The position numbers were made by a program, and so were the translations under genes. From Alphaproteobacteria bacterium (GTDB taxonomy: Bacteria > Pseudomonadota > Alphaproteobacteria > Bin95): a stretch of DNA of 64,000 nt. The notes below the pieces were generated by a model. It worked only from the letters and a program-made list of their open reading frames with translations, ran no database searches and was not told the DNA's origin. This document shows positions 54,051 through 64,000 of this stretch, piece after piece (the stretch's first letter is position 1; each line of letters starts with the position of its first letter). Location of the stretch: the NCBI GenBank assembly GCA_964291285.2, contig OZ219787.1, positions 96,001-160,000 of the forward strand, written 5' to 3'.

Positions 54051-54084
54051 AAAGCCCCGGCCGCTGGCGGGCGGCCGGGGCTTC
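54051..54084 (-). terminator. Intrinsic terminator after lipoprotein gene
   Basis: AAAGCCCCGGCCGC-TGGCGG-GCGGCCGGGGCTT. Confidence 0.7.
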
Positions 54085-54105
54085 TTGGTAGCGGATGCGT
54101 GACGG

Positions 54106-55173
54106 CTATTTCGTGCCGTAGAACGCTCCGATGAAGACGACCTCGGTGCCTCCTGCCGTTGCGGCCTCGCCGCCGAGCGTGCCTGCCGCGAGGCGGGGAT
54201 CGCCGTCCGACGCCGCACGGTTCGAGAGCATCCCGCCCCAATGGCCGCTCGAACTGGCGGTCGGGATCTGCAAGTGCTCAAGGCGCACGCCGCTGCCCCG
54301 GAAGGTTCCGTTCGCGGCAAGCGGCACGGCCCCCAGGTGGATGCGGAACGCTTCCGAGTATCCATCGACTGTCATGCTGCCGTCGCAGCCGACACAGCCG
54401 CCTATGGTCCGCGCGCCGAAGTCGGCCGTCAGCCGGAGGTTCGCGGCCCACACGCCGATGGTGTCCGCGAATTGCGGGAAGTCGCGCCCGTATTCGACTC
54501 CATAGAGCCCCCCGGCGGCACCTCGATAGGTCGCTGCACCCTGTAATGCCGCGATGTTCGGACGGCTGGTCATAGACAGCTCGGGACCGTCCACGAAGGC
54601 GCCCGCATCGTCCGCACGGAAGTTGTTGCCGAGAACATCGCCGGTCCAGTGCAGCCAGTAGCCGCCGGCGAGATAGTCGTTCGGGTCCGAGTTGCGCCAG
54701 TGGACCTGTCCATACATGGCCGTGGTCTCGGCGGCGCTGTAGTCAACGACAAAGCCTTCCGCGGCGGTGTCGAAGCCGGAGATCGGCGCTCCCCCAAGCT
54801 GGTATGTGTCGGTATAATCGTCGGCGGTGCTCACATGAATGTCGTTCCCGCGCGCCCGCGAGACCCGGAGGGTGAAGACATTGCCATTGAAGGATGTCCG
54901 AGCGCGATCCGTCGAAACGCCAGTGACGCCGCTGCGGCTGGCCGATTGGCTGACGCTGCCGAACTGCGGGAGAGAACCGGCAACCTGCTCGGCCACATTG
55001 GCAGAGCTCCCGATAGTGGCATCCTGCGTCGCGGAAGCGGAGGGCGTGGGTGTGGGCGCAGTTGGGGCAGGGGACATAGAGCTGGGCCCGGACGGCGAAC
55101 CACCGCTGCCTCCGCCGCCACAGGAAATGAGAGCGAGCGCCGCGCTGAAGGCGACCAAAACGCGCATAGGCAT
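54106..55173 (-). CDS. Surface lipoprotein with TbpB/fHbp-like C-terminal beta-barrel
   Basis: Lipobox LISC, Gly/Ser/Pro linker, YLAGGYW, ATYRGAAGG, LTADFG, GHWGG, ends FIGAFYGTK. Confidence 0.7.
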   Translation of the reverse strand: MPMRVLVAFSAALALISCGGGGSGGSPSGPSSMSPAPTAPTPTPSASATQDATIGSSANVAEQVAGSLPQFGSVSQSASRSGVTGVSTDRARTSFNGNVFTLRVSRARGNDIHVSTADDYTDTYQLGGAPISGFDTAAEGFVVDYSAAETTAMYGQVHWRNSDPNDYLAGGYWLHWTGDVLGNNFRADDAGAFVDGPELSMTSRPNIAALQGAATYRGAAGGLYGVEYGRDFPQFADTIGVWAANLRLTADFGARTIGGCVGCDGSMTVDGYSEAFRIHLGAVPLAANGTFRGSGVRLEHLQIPTASSSGHWGGMLSNRAASDGDPRLAAGTLGGEAATAGGTEVVFIGAFYGTK

Positions 55174-55393
55174 AGGGAATCTCCCGGTTGTGTCGGCACC
55201 GGCTGGCGCCGGGCCGGTTGCCACACAACCATGGGTAGGTCCCCGCTTATTCGCCGGGCGCGGGGAGCAACCCCCTTGCCGGGTTATCGGCTCTTGTATT
55301 CAGCGGGCAGCCCGACATGGGCGGCCCATGGTTGAGATGGCAACAGGGGCAAAATACGTGAACCCTGCGCTGTTGGGAATGGACAAGGTTGCG

Positions 55394-57215
55394 CCCTGAT
55401 CGGCGAGCTTCGTTGAGAGTAGAGAGTGTTCTGATCGCTTGTGTAGACTGATTTGAGCGCAACCGTGTTGTGCCTCTGGTTTTCACCGAGCGGGTGAAGG
55501 AATGGTGAGGGGTTATCGTTCTGCGGTGAGGGTTACAGTTGAGCGTGGCGGCGCGGCCTCGACGGCGCGTGGCGGTCTGGTTCTTGTGTTCGAATTGCTT
55601 GCGGCGAGACGGTTTCTTGCGGGTCTTCCGCGTCTGTCCGGGGGTCCGTCACAGGGCTGGAGCGACGGTCAGATGATCCTTGCGGTTCCGGTTCTGAACA
55701 TGGCGGGGCTTGATCGTGTGTCGGACATTGAGGTTCTGGAGGCGGACCGGGGGCTTTGCGCTCTGGTTCGCCGGTTCGAGCCGAAGCTGTTCGGGGTCTC
55801 TCGCGGCTCGCTCGCTCGTCGGTTCCGGGGCGGTCGCGAGCGTTGCTTTCCGTCGGCGCGCTCGATCCGTGACTGGCTGGACCGTTTTCATGTTGCGGGG
55901 GTTCATGACGCCGCGCGCAAGAAGGGGACGGCGTTGATCCCGGCGCCGGGCGAGAGGGACGGCCTGCTTCGCGAGGTTACCCGTCGCCTTGTTGCGGCAG
56001 GGGTGCGGGAGGCGGGCGCGGGCTCGGTGACGATCGACCTCGACGCGACGATCATCGCGTCCGGCAAGCGTGAGTGCCTGTACACCTACCGGGCTGCGGA
56101 GAGGGTGGTTCGGGGCGAGCGGGGCTACCAGCCGCTGATCGCGTTCTGCCCGGAGCTCGGCATGGTCCCGTGGCTTGAGATGCGCGATGGCAATGTGCCG
56201 GCGAGGCTCGACAACCGGCGCGGGCTTGAAGAGGCGCTGTTGCAGCTTCCCGACGACATAGAGCGTGTAGTGCTGTGCAGCGACGCGGCCGCTTGTCAGG
56301 AGGAGGTGATCCGCGCCTGCAACGACCCGGCGTTCCGCAGGGAGGAGACGCGTCGGTTCGGCACGGTGGGGTTGGTCTGCGGCGCGGTGCGCTCGGAGCC
56401 GCTGATGGTGGAGGTGGCGCGGCTCGGGGAAGACGCCTGGCGCCCGATGCCGGTGAGCGGACGCAACAGGCGCGCGGCGCCGGACAGGGCGCCGCTGGAA
56501 TGCGCCGAACTGCCTTATGTCCCGGCAAGCACCCTGGCGATGAAGCCGCATCACGTGGTCCGCCATGTCGTGACCCGGCGCGCCCTTCCGGGCGAGCTGG
56601 GCCTGGACGAAGGAGACCTGCCGGCGGCCCGGGGCAAGCCCGCATACAGGATCGGGGCCTATGTCACCAACTTCCCCGCCCCCGACGCCATCCGGGCGGA
56701 GAAGGCGAACGGGCTGGAGACCATGGACAGCTTCGAGGTGGTCGCCGCGGCCCATGCCCGCTGCGGTCACGGCGAGGAGGTGCATGCGGTGCTCAAGTCC
56801 GACCTCGCAGCCGGGATGATGCCGTCGGGGCGGTTCGGCGCGAATGCCGCCTGGCTGTGGCTCGCGGCCCTGGCGATGAACGTGCTGGCGCTGCTGCGCC
56901 GCACCGCCTGCGGGCAGGAATGGCAATGGACGCGGATGAAGCGTCTGCGCGCGATGTGGATCCACCTCGTCGCCCGGGTCGTCCACCATGGCCGCCGGAT
57001 CACACTCGTGTTCGCCAACCCCGGCCCCCATCCGATGGCAGCGTGCCGGAGGATGAACCTCGCCATGCCGCCGCCGACGCCCTCGACCGCCTGAGCCCCG
57101 CGCCACACAGCGCCACTGAAAACCCACCGGCACGACGCTGGAGGAAAACGCGCGCACGGTCGGTCCCGATGAGCACCAAATCGGCGCGAAAATTGCCCTC
57201 GGCCCGATCATCAAA
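55394..57215 (+). mobile_element. IS1380-family element B (transposase 55502-57094)
   Basis: TIDLDAT, GYQPL, RDGN, SDA, RCGHGEEVHAVLK, PSGRFGANAAW; preceded by a 36-bp scrap of element A (55358-55393); right IR not evident. Confidence 0.85.
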
Positions 57216-57642
57216 CCTAAATCCGGCATTTGACGGGCTTGATCGGTGTCTCGGGGTAGTGTGAACGGTCGGATTTGGGCGTGGATTTCAGCACGCGGTC
57301 GCGGCCCTGGGTGGCGGCAGCCAGGGTTGACGCCCCGGTTCGCGGCCATGGAGGTATTTCCTGAGCGCCTCGGCGAGGATGCGGCGCCAGCGATCCCCGG
57401 CGCTCAACTGCTCCGCAGTTTGCGTCAGCGACCGGAAGAAGCCGGCGATCCGGCGCAGCGCCGCCATCACCGTCTTGCGACGCCCGTGATGGGAGGTCAC
57501 CGTCAGCCGGGTCTGGCTGGCGTGGTGGGTCTGGCGGGCAACCCCGTGCAGGAGCAGCGGCCGGCTGGTGACCGCCTCGCGGTGATGGTCGGGGTCGGCG
57601 AGGCGCACGAACAGGCTCCACCAGTTGTAGATGAGCGCGACC
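57216..57642 (-). mobile_element. IS1380-like element A, 3' fragment
   Basis: IR CCTAAATCCGGCA and the last about 430 bp of element A. Confidence 0.9.
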
Positions 57643-60600
57643 GGCTGATGCGGGTCTCCACGGTTCGTCTGATGCTGGGGGCGGACATGGCGGCGCGCAC
57701 GCCGCCCGAACGCCGGCGCTTGAACGAGACCGGGTCGGCCTTCGAACACCGACGCCTGCGGACCGGGCTTAACCGCATGGAGGAGGCCCTGCTGTGGGAG
57801 CGGGACCGTCGGCCATTCACGCGGGCCAGCGGAGCGGCGCTGCGCAAGCTGATCGCGGCACTGCAGGCCGGGAATATGGAGGTCCGGCGCTACGAACAGG
57901 CGTTCCTGCACGCCAAGGCCTATATCTTCACTTCAGCGAAAGAAGCCGTTGCCGGGCCCGAAGGGATCATTGCCGGCTCGTCGAACCTAACCAGCGCCGG
58001 GCTCACCGGCAATCTGGAGTTGAATCTCGGTCATTGCGCCCGTCCGGTTGCCGGGCAGGCGAGACAGTGGTTCGACCATCTCTGGGAGGAGGCCGAACCC
58101 TACGACCTCGCCGCCATATTCGAGGAAGCGCTGCGGCCATGCACGCCCTGGGAGATTTTCATTCGGGTACTGTGGCAACTCTACGGCCAGGAGGTCGAGG
58201 AGGACGCTGGAAGCGACGGCGACCTGCCCCTTACCAGCTTTCAGAAACACGGCGTGGCGCGGGCCTTGCGCCTGATCCGGGAAACCGGCGGCGCGATCGT
58301 CGCCGACGAGGTAGGGCTCGGGAAGACCTTCATTGCCGGCGAAATACTGCAGATCTACCGCGAGCGCCGACAACGGGCCTTGCTCATTTGTCCGGCCTCC
58401 TTGCGCGACAGCACCTGGAGACAATTCCTGACCCGGTTCCAGCTGTTTGTCGAATGTCTTTCCTTCGAGGAACTGGCGAGCGACGAACAGCTACAAGATG
58501 CCCAGCGACCAAACGCCAACCAGCAGAAACTACGGCGGCCCTTGGACGAATACCAGCTTGTAATCGTCGACGAGGCGCACAACTATCGCAACCCCGATGC
58601 GCCGACCCGCGCGGCAGCGTTGAGACGGCTGATGTTCGGCCAGCGGCGCGACCTGCTTCTGCTGACGGCGACGCCGGTGAACAACTCGCTCTGGGACCTC
58701 TTCCACCTTGTCCGTTTCTTCGTTCGCCAGGATGCCCACTTCGCTGACAGGGGCATCACCTCGATCCGGCAGCGGTTCGTGGCCGCCATGCGTGAGGATC
58801 CGGCGAACCTCAACCCGGACCTGCTCTATCCGATCATCGACGCCACCACGGTCAAACGAACCCGCGAGTTCGTCAGGAGACACTACGCGGGCGACAACAT
58901 TACCGGCCCGGACGGCGCTCCGACGCCGATCGTGTTCCCGGCGCCTCAGGCCGTCAGCGTCCGCTACAACCTCGACGAAATGCTGCCGGGCTTCTTCGAC
59001 CGGCTGGAGGCGGCCCTCGATCCGGAGAGCCCCGATGCGATCGCCTTCTCCCGCTACATGCCTGACCTCTATCTGCGCGAAGGCGCCGAGCCCGAGGAGG
59101 AGGCCCGGGCGCAGGCGCTCGCGGGGCTTTTGCGTTCCGGTCTCCTGAAACGCTTTGAGCCTAAATCCGGCAGTTGACGAGCTTGATCGCTGTCTCGGGG
59201 TAGTGTGAACGGTCGGATTTGGGCGTGGATTTCAGCCTGTCGGCGCGGTCCTGGGTGGCGGCAGCCAGGGTTGACGCCCCGGTTCGCGGCCATGGAGGTA
59301 TTTCCTGAGCGCCTCGGCGAGGATCCGGCGCCAGCGGTCCCCGGCGCTCAACTGCTCCGCAGTTTGCGTCAGCGACCGGAAGAAGCCGGCGATCCGGCGC
59401 AGCGCCGCCATCGCCGTCTTGCGACGCCCGTGATGGGAGGTCACCGTCAGCCGGGTCTGGCCGGCGTGGTGGGTCTGGCGGGCAACCCCGTGCAGGAGCA
59501 GCGGCCGGCTGGTGATCGCCTCGCGGTGATGGTCGGGGTCGGCGAGGCGCACGAACAGGCTCCACCAGTTGTAGATGAGCGCGATCAGCCGGGCCATGTG
59601 CCGGCAGCGCGTCAGGTCGCGCGTGGTGAAGCCGCCCCAACCCCACTGGTTCTTCAACTCGTCGAAGCCGTTCTCCGCGTCCGCCCGGTCGCGGTAGAGC
59701 TGGGCCAGCGAGCGTATCTCCAGGTCCAGCGAGGTCGCCAGCACCGCGAACTCCCATACCCCGGTGCCGGGCTGCGCCCCGGTCCGGAACAGCTCGCCCC
59801 GGGCCTTGTCGCCACGCGTCAGCGCCAGCGTCGCAGGAAGCCGCCGGCGCAGCACCACAACCCGGCGCGTCCGGCTCCAGCCCTGCAGACGCAGATCGGC
59901 CCCGATCCCCGACCAGCCCTGGCCTGCATCCTCCCAGCCGTCCCGCGCCATCAGACGCTCGGCAAGCCGGCGCGCCCCCTTCGTCAGGCGCAGCTTGAAC
60001 AGATAGTCCGGACCCGCAGCCTCGCACGACGCCATGTTGCCCTCGTTGCCCCAGTCCTTGTCGCCCCGCACCAGACGCGGCCAGCGATCCCGACCGAGAC
60101 GGTCGAGCAGGGCCCACAAGGACGGCGCCGCACGCCTCGAATGGTGATGGTTGCCCGGCGCCACCTCGACATCCAGAACAAGCCGCGTCCCCGCCATCAG
60201 GAACGCATGGCAGGCATGCGAGGGGCGGCCCGGCTTCTTCGGGTTGTAGCTCACAACCGCTCCCTCCTGACGACCGTAAAGCGCCTTGATCGTCGTGTCG
60301 CAGTCCAGAACCCACGGCTCCCTCAGCAGCGGACGGACCACCTCGTCCAGATGGCCCTGAAGCCACGATGTGCCGGCCTCCGCACCGATCCGCTCCAGAC
60401 CGCGCCGCACCGAATCCTCGCTCGCAACCTTGTCCATTCCCAACAGCGCAGGGTTCACTCCGTCGCCGCGCAGCGACGTGATGTGCGCATACCGCGATTG
60501 CCCCGCCAGAACCGACAGAAGAACCGTACCCAGGACATCCCGCTTCGACGGCGCGTTCGGGCTCGTGTACCGCAGCGGGCAGTCCGCAACCAAAGCGTCG

Positions 60601-62501
60601 AAGCGACCGCTCACCTTCAGGTATTCCGCGAAAAACGCCAGATGGCCCAGCGGCGTCACCGCCGCATCAGGGTCCCATTCCACATGAACCGCGCCGCCGA
60701 AGGTGTCCACCTTCACCGACGCTCGGGCGACATCCCGCACAGCGCCAGGATAATCACCCAAAGGGTGAGCCTCTTCGGCCCCTGAAAAGCCGCTCATATC
60801 CGCAGAATACAAGGGATTCGGCAAGGCCACGCCATACTCAAATGCCGGATTTAGGTTGAGTCCTCGGCCTTCGCCTTCCGCAGGACCGCGGCGAAGATGG
60901 CGGAAGAGCACGGGGCGTTCCTCGACGCTCTGGATGCCGGCTACGTGGTCACCACCGCGTTCATGAGGGAACTTTCTGCCGATGACGAGGCGGTATTCGA
61001 GGATGTCCTTTTGGGAACCGAACACCGAACCGAAGCTGCACTCTACGATGTCGAGCGCCTGCGCCGCGATGTGGAGCGCGACCGGGACCTGCTGCGGGCA
61101 CTTGCAGGCCGGGCGGCCGAAATCGCGCCAGACCGGGATCCGAAACTCAGGGCGCTGGCGGACGCCCTGGTTGCGATCGCACTTCAAGCGGAAAGCGAGG
61201 CAACCGACGGCATCGACGAAGCGCAGAAACGCAAGGTGCTGGTTTTCTCGTTCTTCGAGGATACCGTCGAATGGATACGGAACTTCCTTGAAGAGGAATT
61301 CGACCGCAAACCTGAAATTGTCTCCTATCGCGGGCGTATGGTCGCCGTCAGCGGATCGGGCGATCTGGCCGAAGTCTCCCGGCAACAGGCTGTGCAGGGC
61401 TTTGCGCCGGTCTCGATGGAAGCGCCTGCCGGCCCGGACGCCGACATGTACGACCTTCTGATCTCCACCGATGTTCTGGCCGAAGGCGTCAACCTCCAGC
61501 AATGCCGGCACATCGTCAATTTCGATATTCCCTGGAACCCGATGCGTCTGGTGCAACGGCACGGGCGCATCGACCGCATAGGCAGCCCGCACGACCGCGT
61601 GTTCCTGCGCACGATCTTCCCGGCCGACCGCCTGGATCGGCTTCTCAAACTGGAACAGCGGATCCTCGACAAGCTGGCCATGGCGGCGGCCAGCGTCGGT
61701 GTCGAGGCTCCCATCGAGGGTGCAGCGCACGGGCGGCAGGTCTTCGCGGAGACAAGGGACGAGATCGAGAAGCTCTTGAAGGAGGATGCCTCCCTCTATG
61801 AGCGGGGCGCCACACCGGGCGCGGCGCAAAGCGGCGAAGAATACCGCCAGACGCTTCGCAAGGCGCTGCAAGAGGATCGCCAGAGCATTATCGGTCTCCC
61901 GTGGAAGATCGGATCGGGCATGGTGAAGGGCGAACGCCGGGGCGTCTTTTTCTGTGCCGTTGTCGGCGAGCGCACCTTCCTGCGTTTTGTGCCGGCGGAC
62001 AAGGACTGGGACGTCTCGGACCAGGCAGGATCGGTGATCCGTGAGATCGGCACCTGTCTGCGGTTGATCGAGTGCGAAGCGGATACGCCGGTCTGGTTTC
62101 CGGATAGCCTGCAGGAGCGCGTTTATGATTTCTGGGCCGTCGCACAGGCGGATATCCATTCCGAGTGGACGTGGAACACCGATCCGATCAACCTGCAGCC
62201 GAAGGTGAGGCCGCTCAATCACCGTGTTGCCGCGTTTATCCGCGAAAACCCGCCTCCCGACATGACTGCCTCCCGGATCGACGGGGCCGTCGATATTCTC
62301 GAAGCGCCGTGGCCCAGGCGAGAGGAGATCCTGTTACGCGAGTGGTTTGAAAACACGGACCATGCTGGCGCCGCTCATTCACGGTTTCTGATCGAGCAGA
62401 TACATGCGACCGGGCTGGACCCGGTAAGGCCGCCGGAACCGCTCCCTCCGATCCAGCGAGACGACATAGACTTGCTATGCTGGATGGGAATTGAAACGTA
62501 A
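57643..62501 (+). pseudogene. PLD-nuclease plus SNF2-type helicase, 5' truncated and split by IS1380
   Basis: LHAKAY, GSSNLT, ADEVGLGKT, VDEAH, LTATP; KRFE|SSAFAF rejoined; TDVLAEGVNLQ, PWNPMRLVQRHGRIDRIG. Confidence 0.9.
59160..60855 (-). mobile_element. IS1380-like element A, intact copy (CDS 59232-60797)
   Basis: 1696 bp, same IRs, TTGAG duplication. Confidence 0.93.
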
Positions 62502-62729
62502 GCGGGAGAGTTATACCAGCGGCCACAGATAAGAACCGATAAGCCTCTCTCGGCGGAGATTACCTCTTGCAGTAGGCCTCGGCTCAGGGGGCGGACTACG
62601 GAGGGAGGCTCTGCTATCGGTTCCAATCAACGACCGGTGGTATTACCCGGATTTCAACTTGGTGGCGGCTTGAAGTTCCAGTGGACGGCTCATCGATACG
62701 GCTGCTCGGATGGCCGGGAGCCGTGCCGA

Positions 62730-64000
62730 CTACATGCCGAGTTCCATCTCCACGGATTTCTGCCTTGGCGCGGGCGCATTCTCCGGCCCGTCGTCGCGTT
62801 CTTTCTGTCCCGGACGCATCGGCGGCGTTACTTGCGGCGTCCGTTCGCGTTCAGCCGATTTCTCCTCTGCGCGCGTCAGTGCTGCCGCCACGCCGATCCC
62901 TTCGAGCGCGGAGACCCGCTCGCCGGTGGCGGCTTCAAGGGTCTCGCGGAGCGTTTTCGCATCGTCCGTGACCAGCGTCGCATTGTGGCGTGCGCGGCTG
63001 ATCTCGACATAGAAGCTCTTCTGCGTCGACAGTTTCGGGTGTTTTGCCTCCATCACCGCGATCACGTTGTCGACGGTGCGCCCCTGAAACGCATGCACGG
63101 TCGAGGCCCAGGCATGGTCGAGATGGCGCAGTTGCGGGTCGCTCTTGCCGAGTTCCAGCGTCCGGCCGTCGCCGAGCCGGAACGCGACGCGGTCGCCCCC
63201 GACCGCCGCTACTTCCGCCGTGTCGCTGTTGACCAGCCCGAGGCCGGTGTCGTTACGGGTCCAGCGGATGCGATCGCCGGCGCGGAGCTCCAGGGCCTCG
63301 GTGCGGTAGACCTCGACCCCGCCGCGCTTCGCACCGACCCGGCGCGGCCGCCAGGGGACGGATTGTCCATCCGGCCCCTCCAGCATCACCGTGCCCCTGG
63401 CCCCGTCGACACCTGCGACGCGGCGCTCGTCGTCCCTGGCGACGCCGAGGCTGCGATAGTCCCGGTGGAAGGCGACGACATCGCCGGGGACATAGTTCGC
63501 GGCAATCATCTTCTCGGCACTTGTATAACCGTGGGAGACCAGCCGCTCGGCTTGATAAGCGGGGCCGCGGATGACGCCGTCGCGGGCGAGGCGCTCGCGG
63601 ATGTGGCCGTTGATCCCCCGGCGGAGCGCATGGCTCGGCGCCATCAGCCCGGTGTTCTCGCGTTCGCGGGCGGAGAGCTTGAGCCAGCGCGCGGCGGCCG
63701 CGCCGGCGAGATTGTCCGGTTTCACCTCGGCAATGCGGTCGCCGAGCTTCCCGAAGGCCCTGCCGATCTCGCCGGCGAGGCTGGCGCGCACCGCCTCCTT
63801 CAGGTCGGCGTCCTTCTGGCGCATGATCTCGTCCATGACCGCTGTCTTCATGCCCGCCGCCTGCAACTGCGCGAAGGGCTTGCCCGCATCCACCGCGTCG
63901 AGCTGTTTCCGGTCGCCCACCAGCACCAGGCGGGGGATGCGGATGGCTGCGGCGATCCGCAGCAGGTCGCGGGCCTGGACGGTCGAGGCGAGCGAGCCCT
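62730..64000 (-). CDS. Conjugative relaxase-helicase (TrwC/TraI, MOBF-like), C-terminal part; starts beyond window
   Basis: LVLVGDRKQL..V.AGKPF, IMRQ, GDRIRWTRND, HAWASTVHAFQGRTVD, FYVEISRAR. The relaxase domain itself is outside the window. Confidence 0.88.
   Translation of the reverse strand, partial: GSLASTVQARDLLRIAAAIRIPRLVLVGDRKQLDAVDAGKPFAQLQAAGMKTAVMDEIMRQKDADLKEAVRASLAGEIGRAFGKLGDRIAEVKPDNLAGAAAARWLKLSARERENTGLMAPSHALRRGINGHIRERLARDGVIRGPAYQAERLVSHGYTSAEKMIAANYVPGDVVAFHRDYRSLGVARDDERRVAGVDGARGTVMLEGPDGQSVPWRPRRVGAKRGGVEVYRTEALELRAGDRIRWTRNDTGLGLVNSDTAEVAAVGGDRVAFRLGDGRTLELGKSDPQLRHLDHAWASTVHAFQGRTVDNVIAVMEAKHPKLSTQKSFYVEISRARHNATLVTDDAKTLRETLEAATGERVSALEGIGVAAALTRAEEKSAERERTPQVTPPMRPGQKERDDGPENAPAPRQKSVEMELGM

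Noticed and set aside
57246-59177. 643-aa ORF as an intact helicase
   Set aside because: Its N-terminus is IS1380 antisense sequence and its C-terminus ends in the next IS.
59232-62222. 996-aa ORF suggesting a giant transposase fusion
   Set aside because: The N-terminal half is antisense to the helicase; the real transposase starts at 60797 inside the IS.

Overview
High-GC, IS-riddled accessory region (plasmid or ICE), probably alphaproteobacterial (inferred from gene content only). All analysis is by eye; family names are from recognition, not database searches. Left part (1-10.4 kb) is a defence island. It has a type I R-M operon (hsdM, a HEPN toxin, an MNT-HsdS fusion split by an IS5, and a Schlafen/AlbA_2-ATPase gene). 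It also has a ubiquitin-like operon (Ubl, E2-like/ThiF E1, DUF6527-like) divergent from a CapH/CapP-like HTH plus metallopeptidase pair. The middle has a tyrosine integrase and a conjugative leading region (poly-zinc-finger protein, ssb, DUF2493/SLOG protein, long ssDNA hairpins) ending at a MOBF-like nic site, followed by an RHH gene, vapBC and an RHH trio. Next is a nested insertion: an RlmJ-like gene is split by an IS5, which is itself split by a 21.6-kb element bounded by 13-bp direct repeats. That element carries two tandem pairs of tyrosine recombinases, an RHH trio, HEAT-repeat and RTX genes and a second leading-region copy. The right part has an IS cluster, a surface lipoprotein, a doubly disrupted PLD-SNF2 helicase and the 3' end of a TrwC/TraI-like relaxase-helicase. 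No rRNA, tRNA or CRISPR array was seen.
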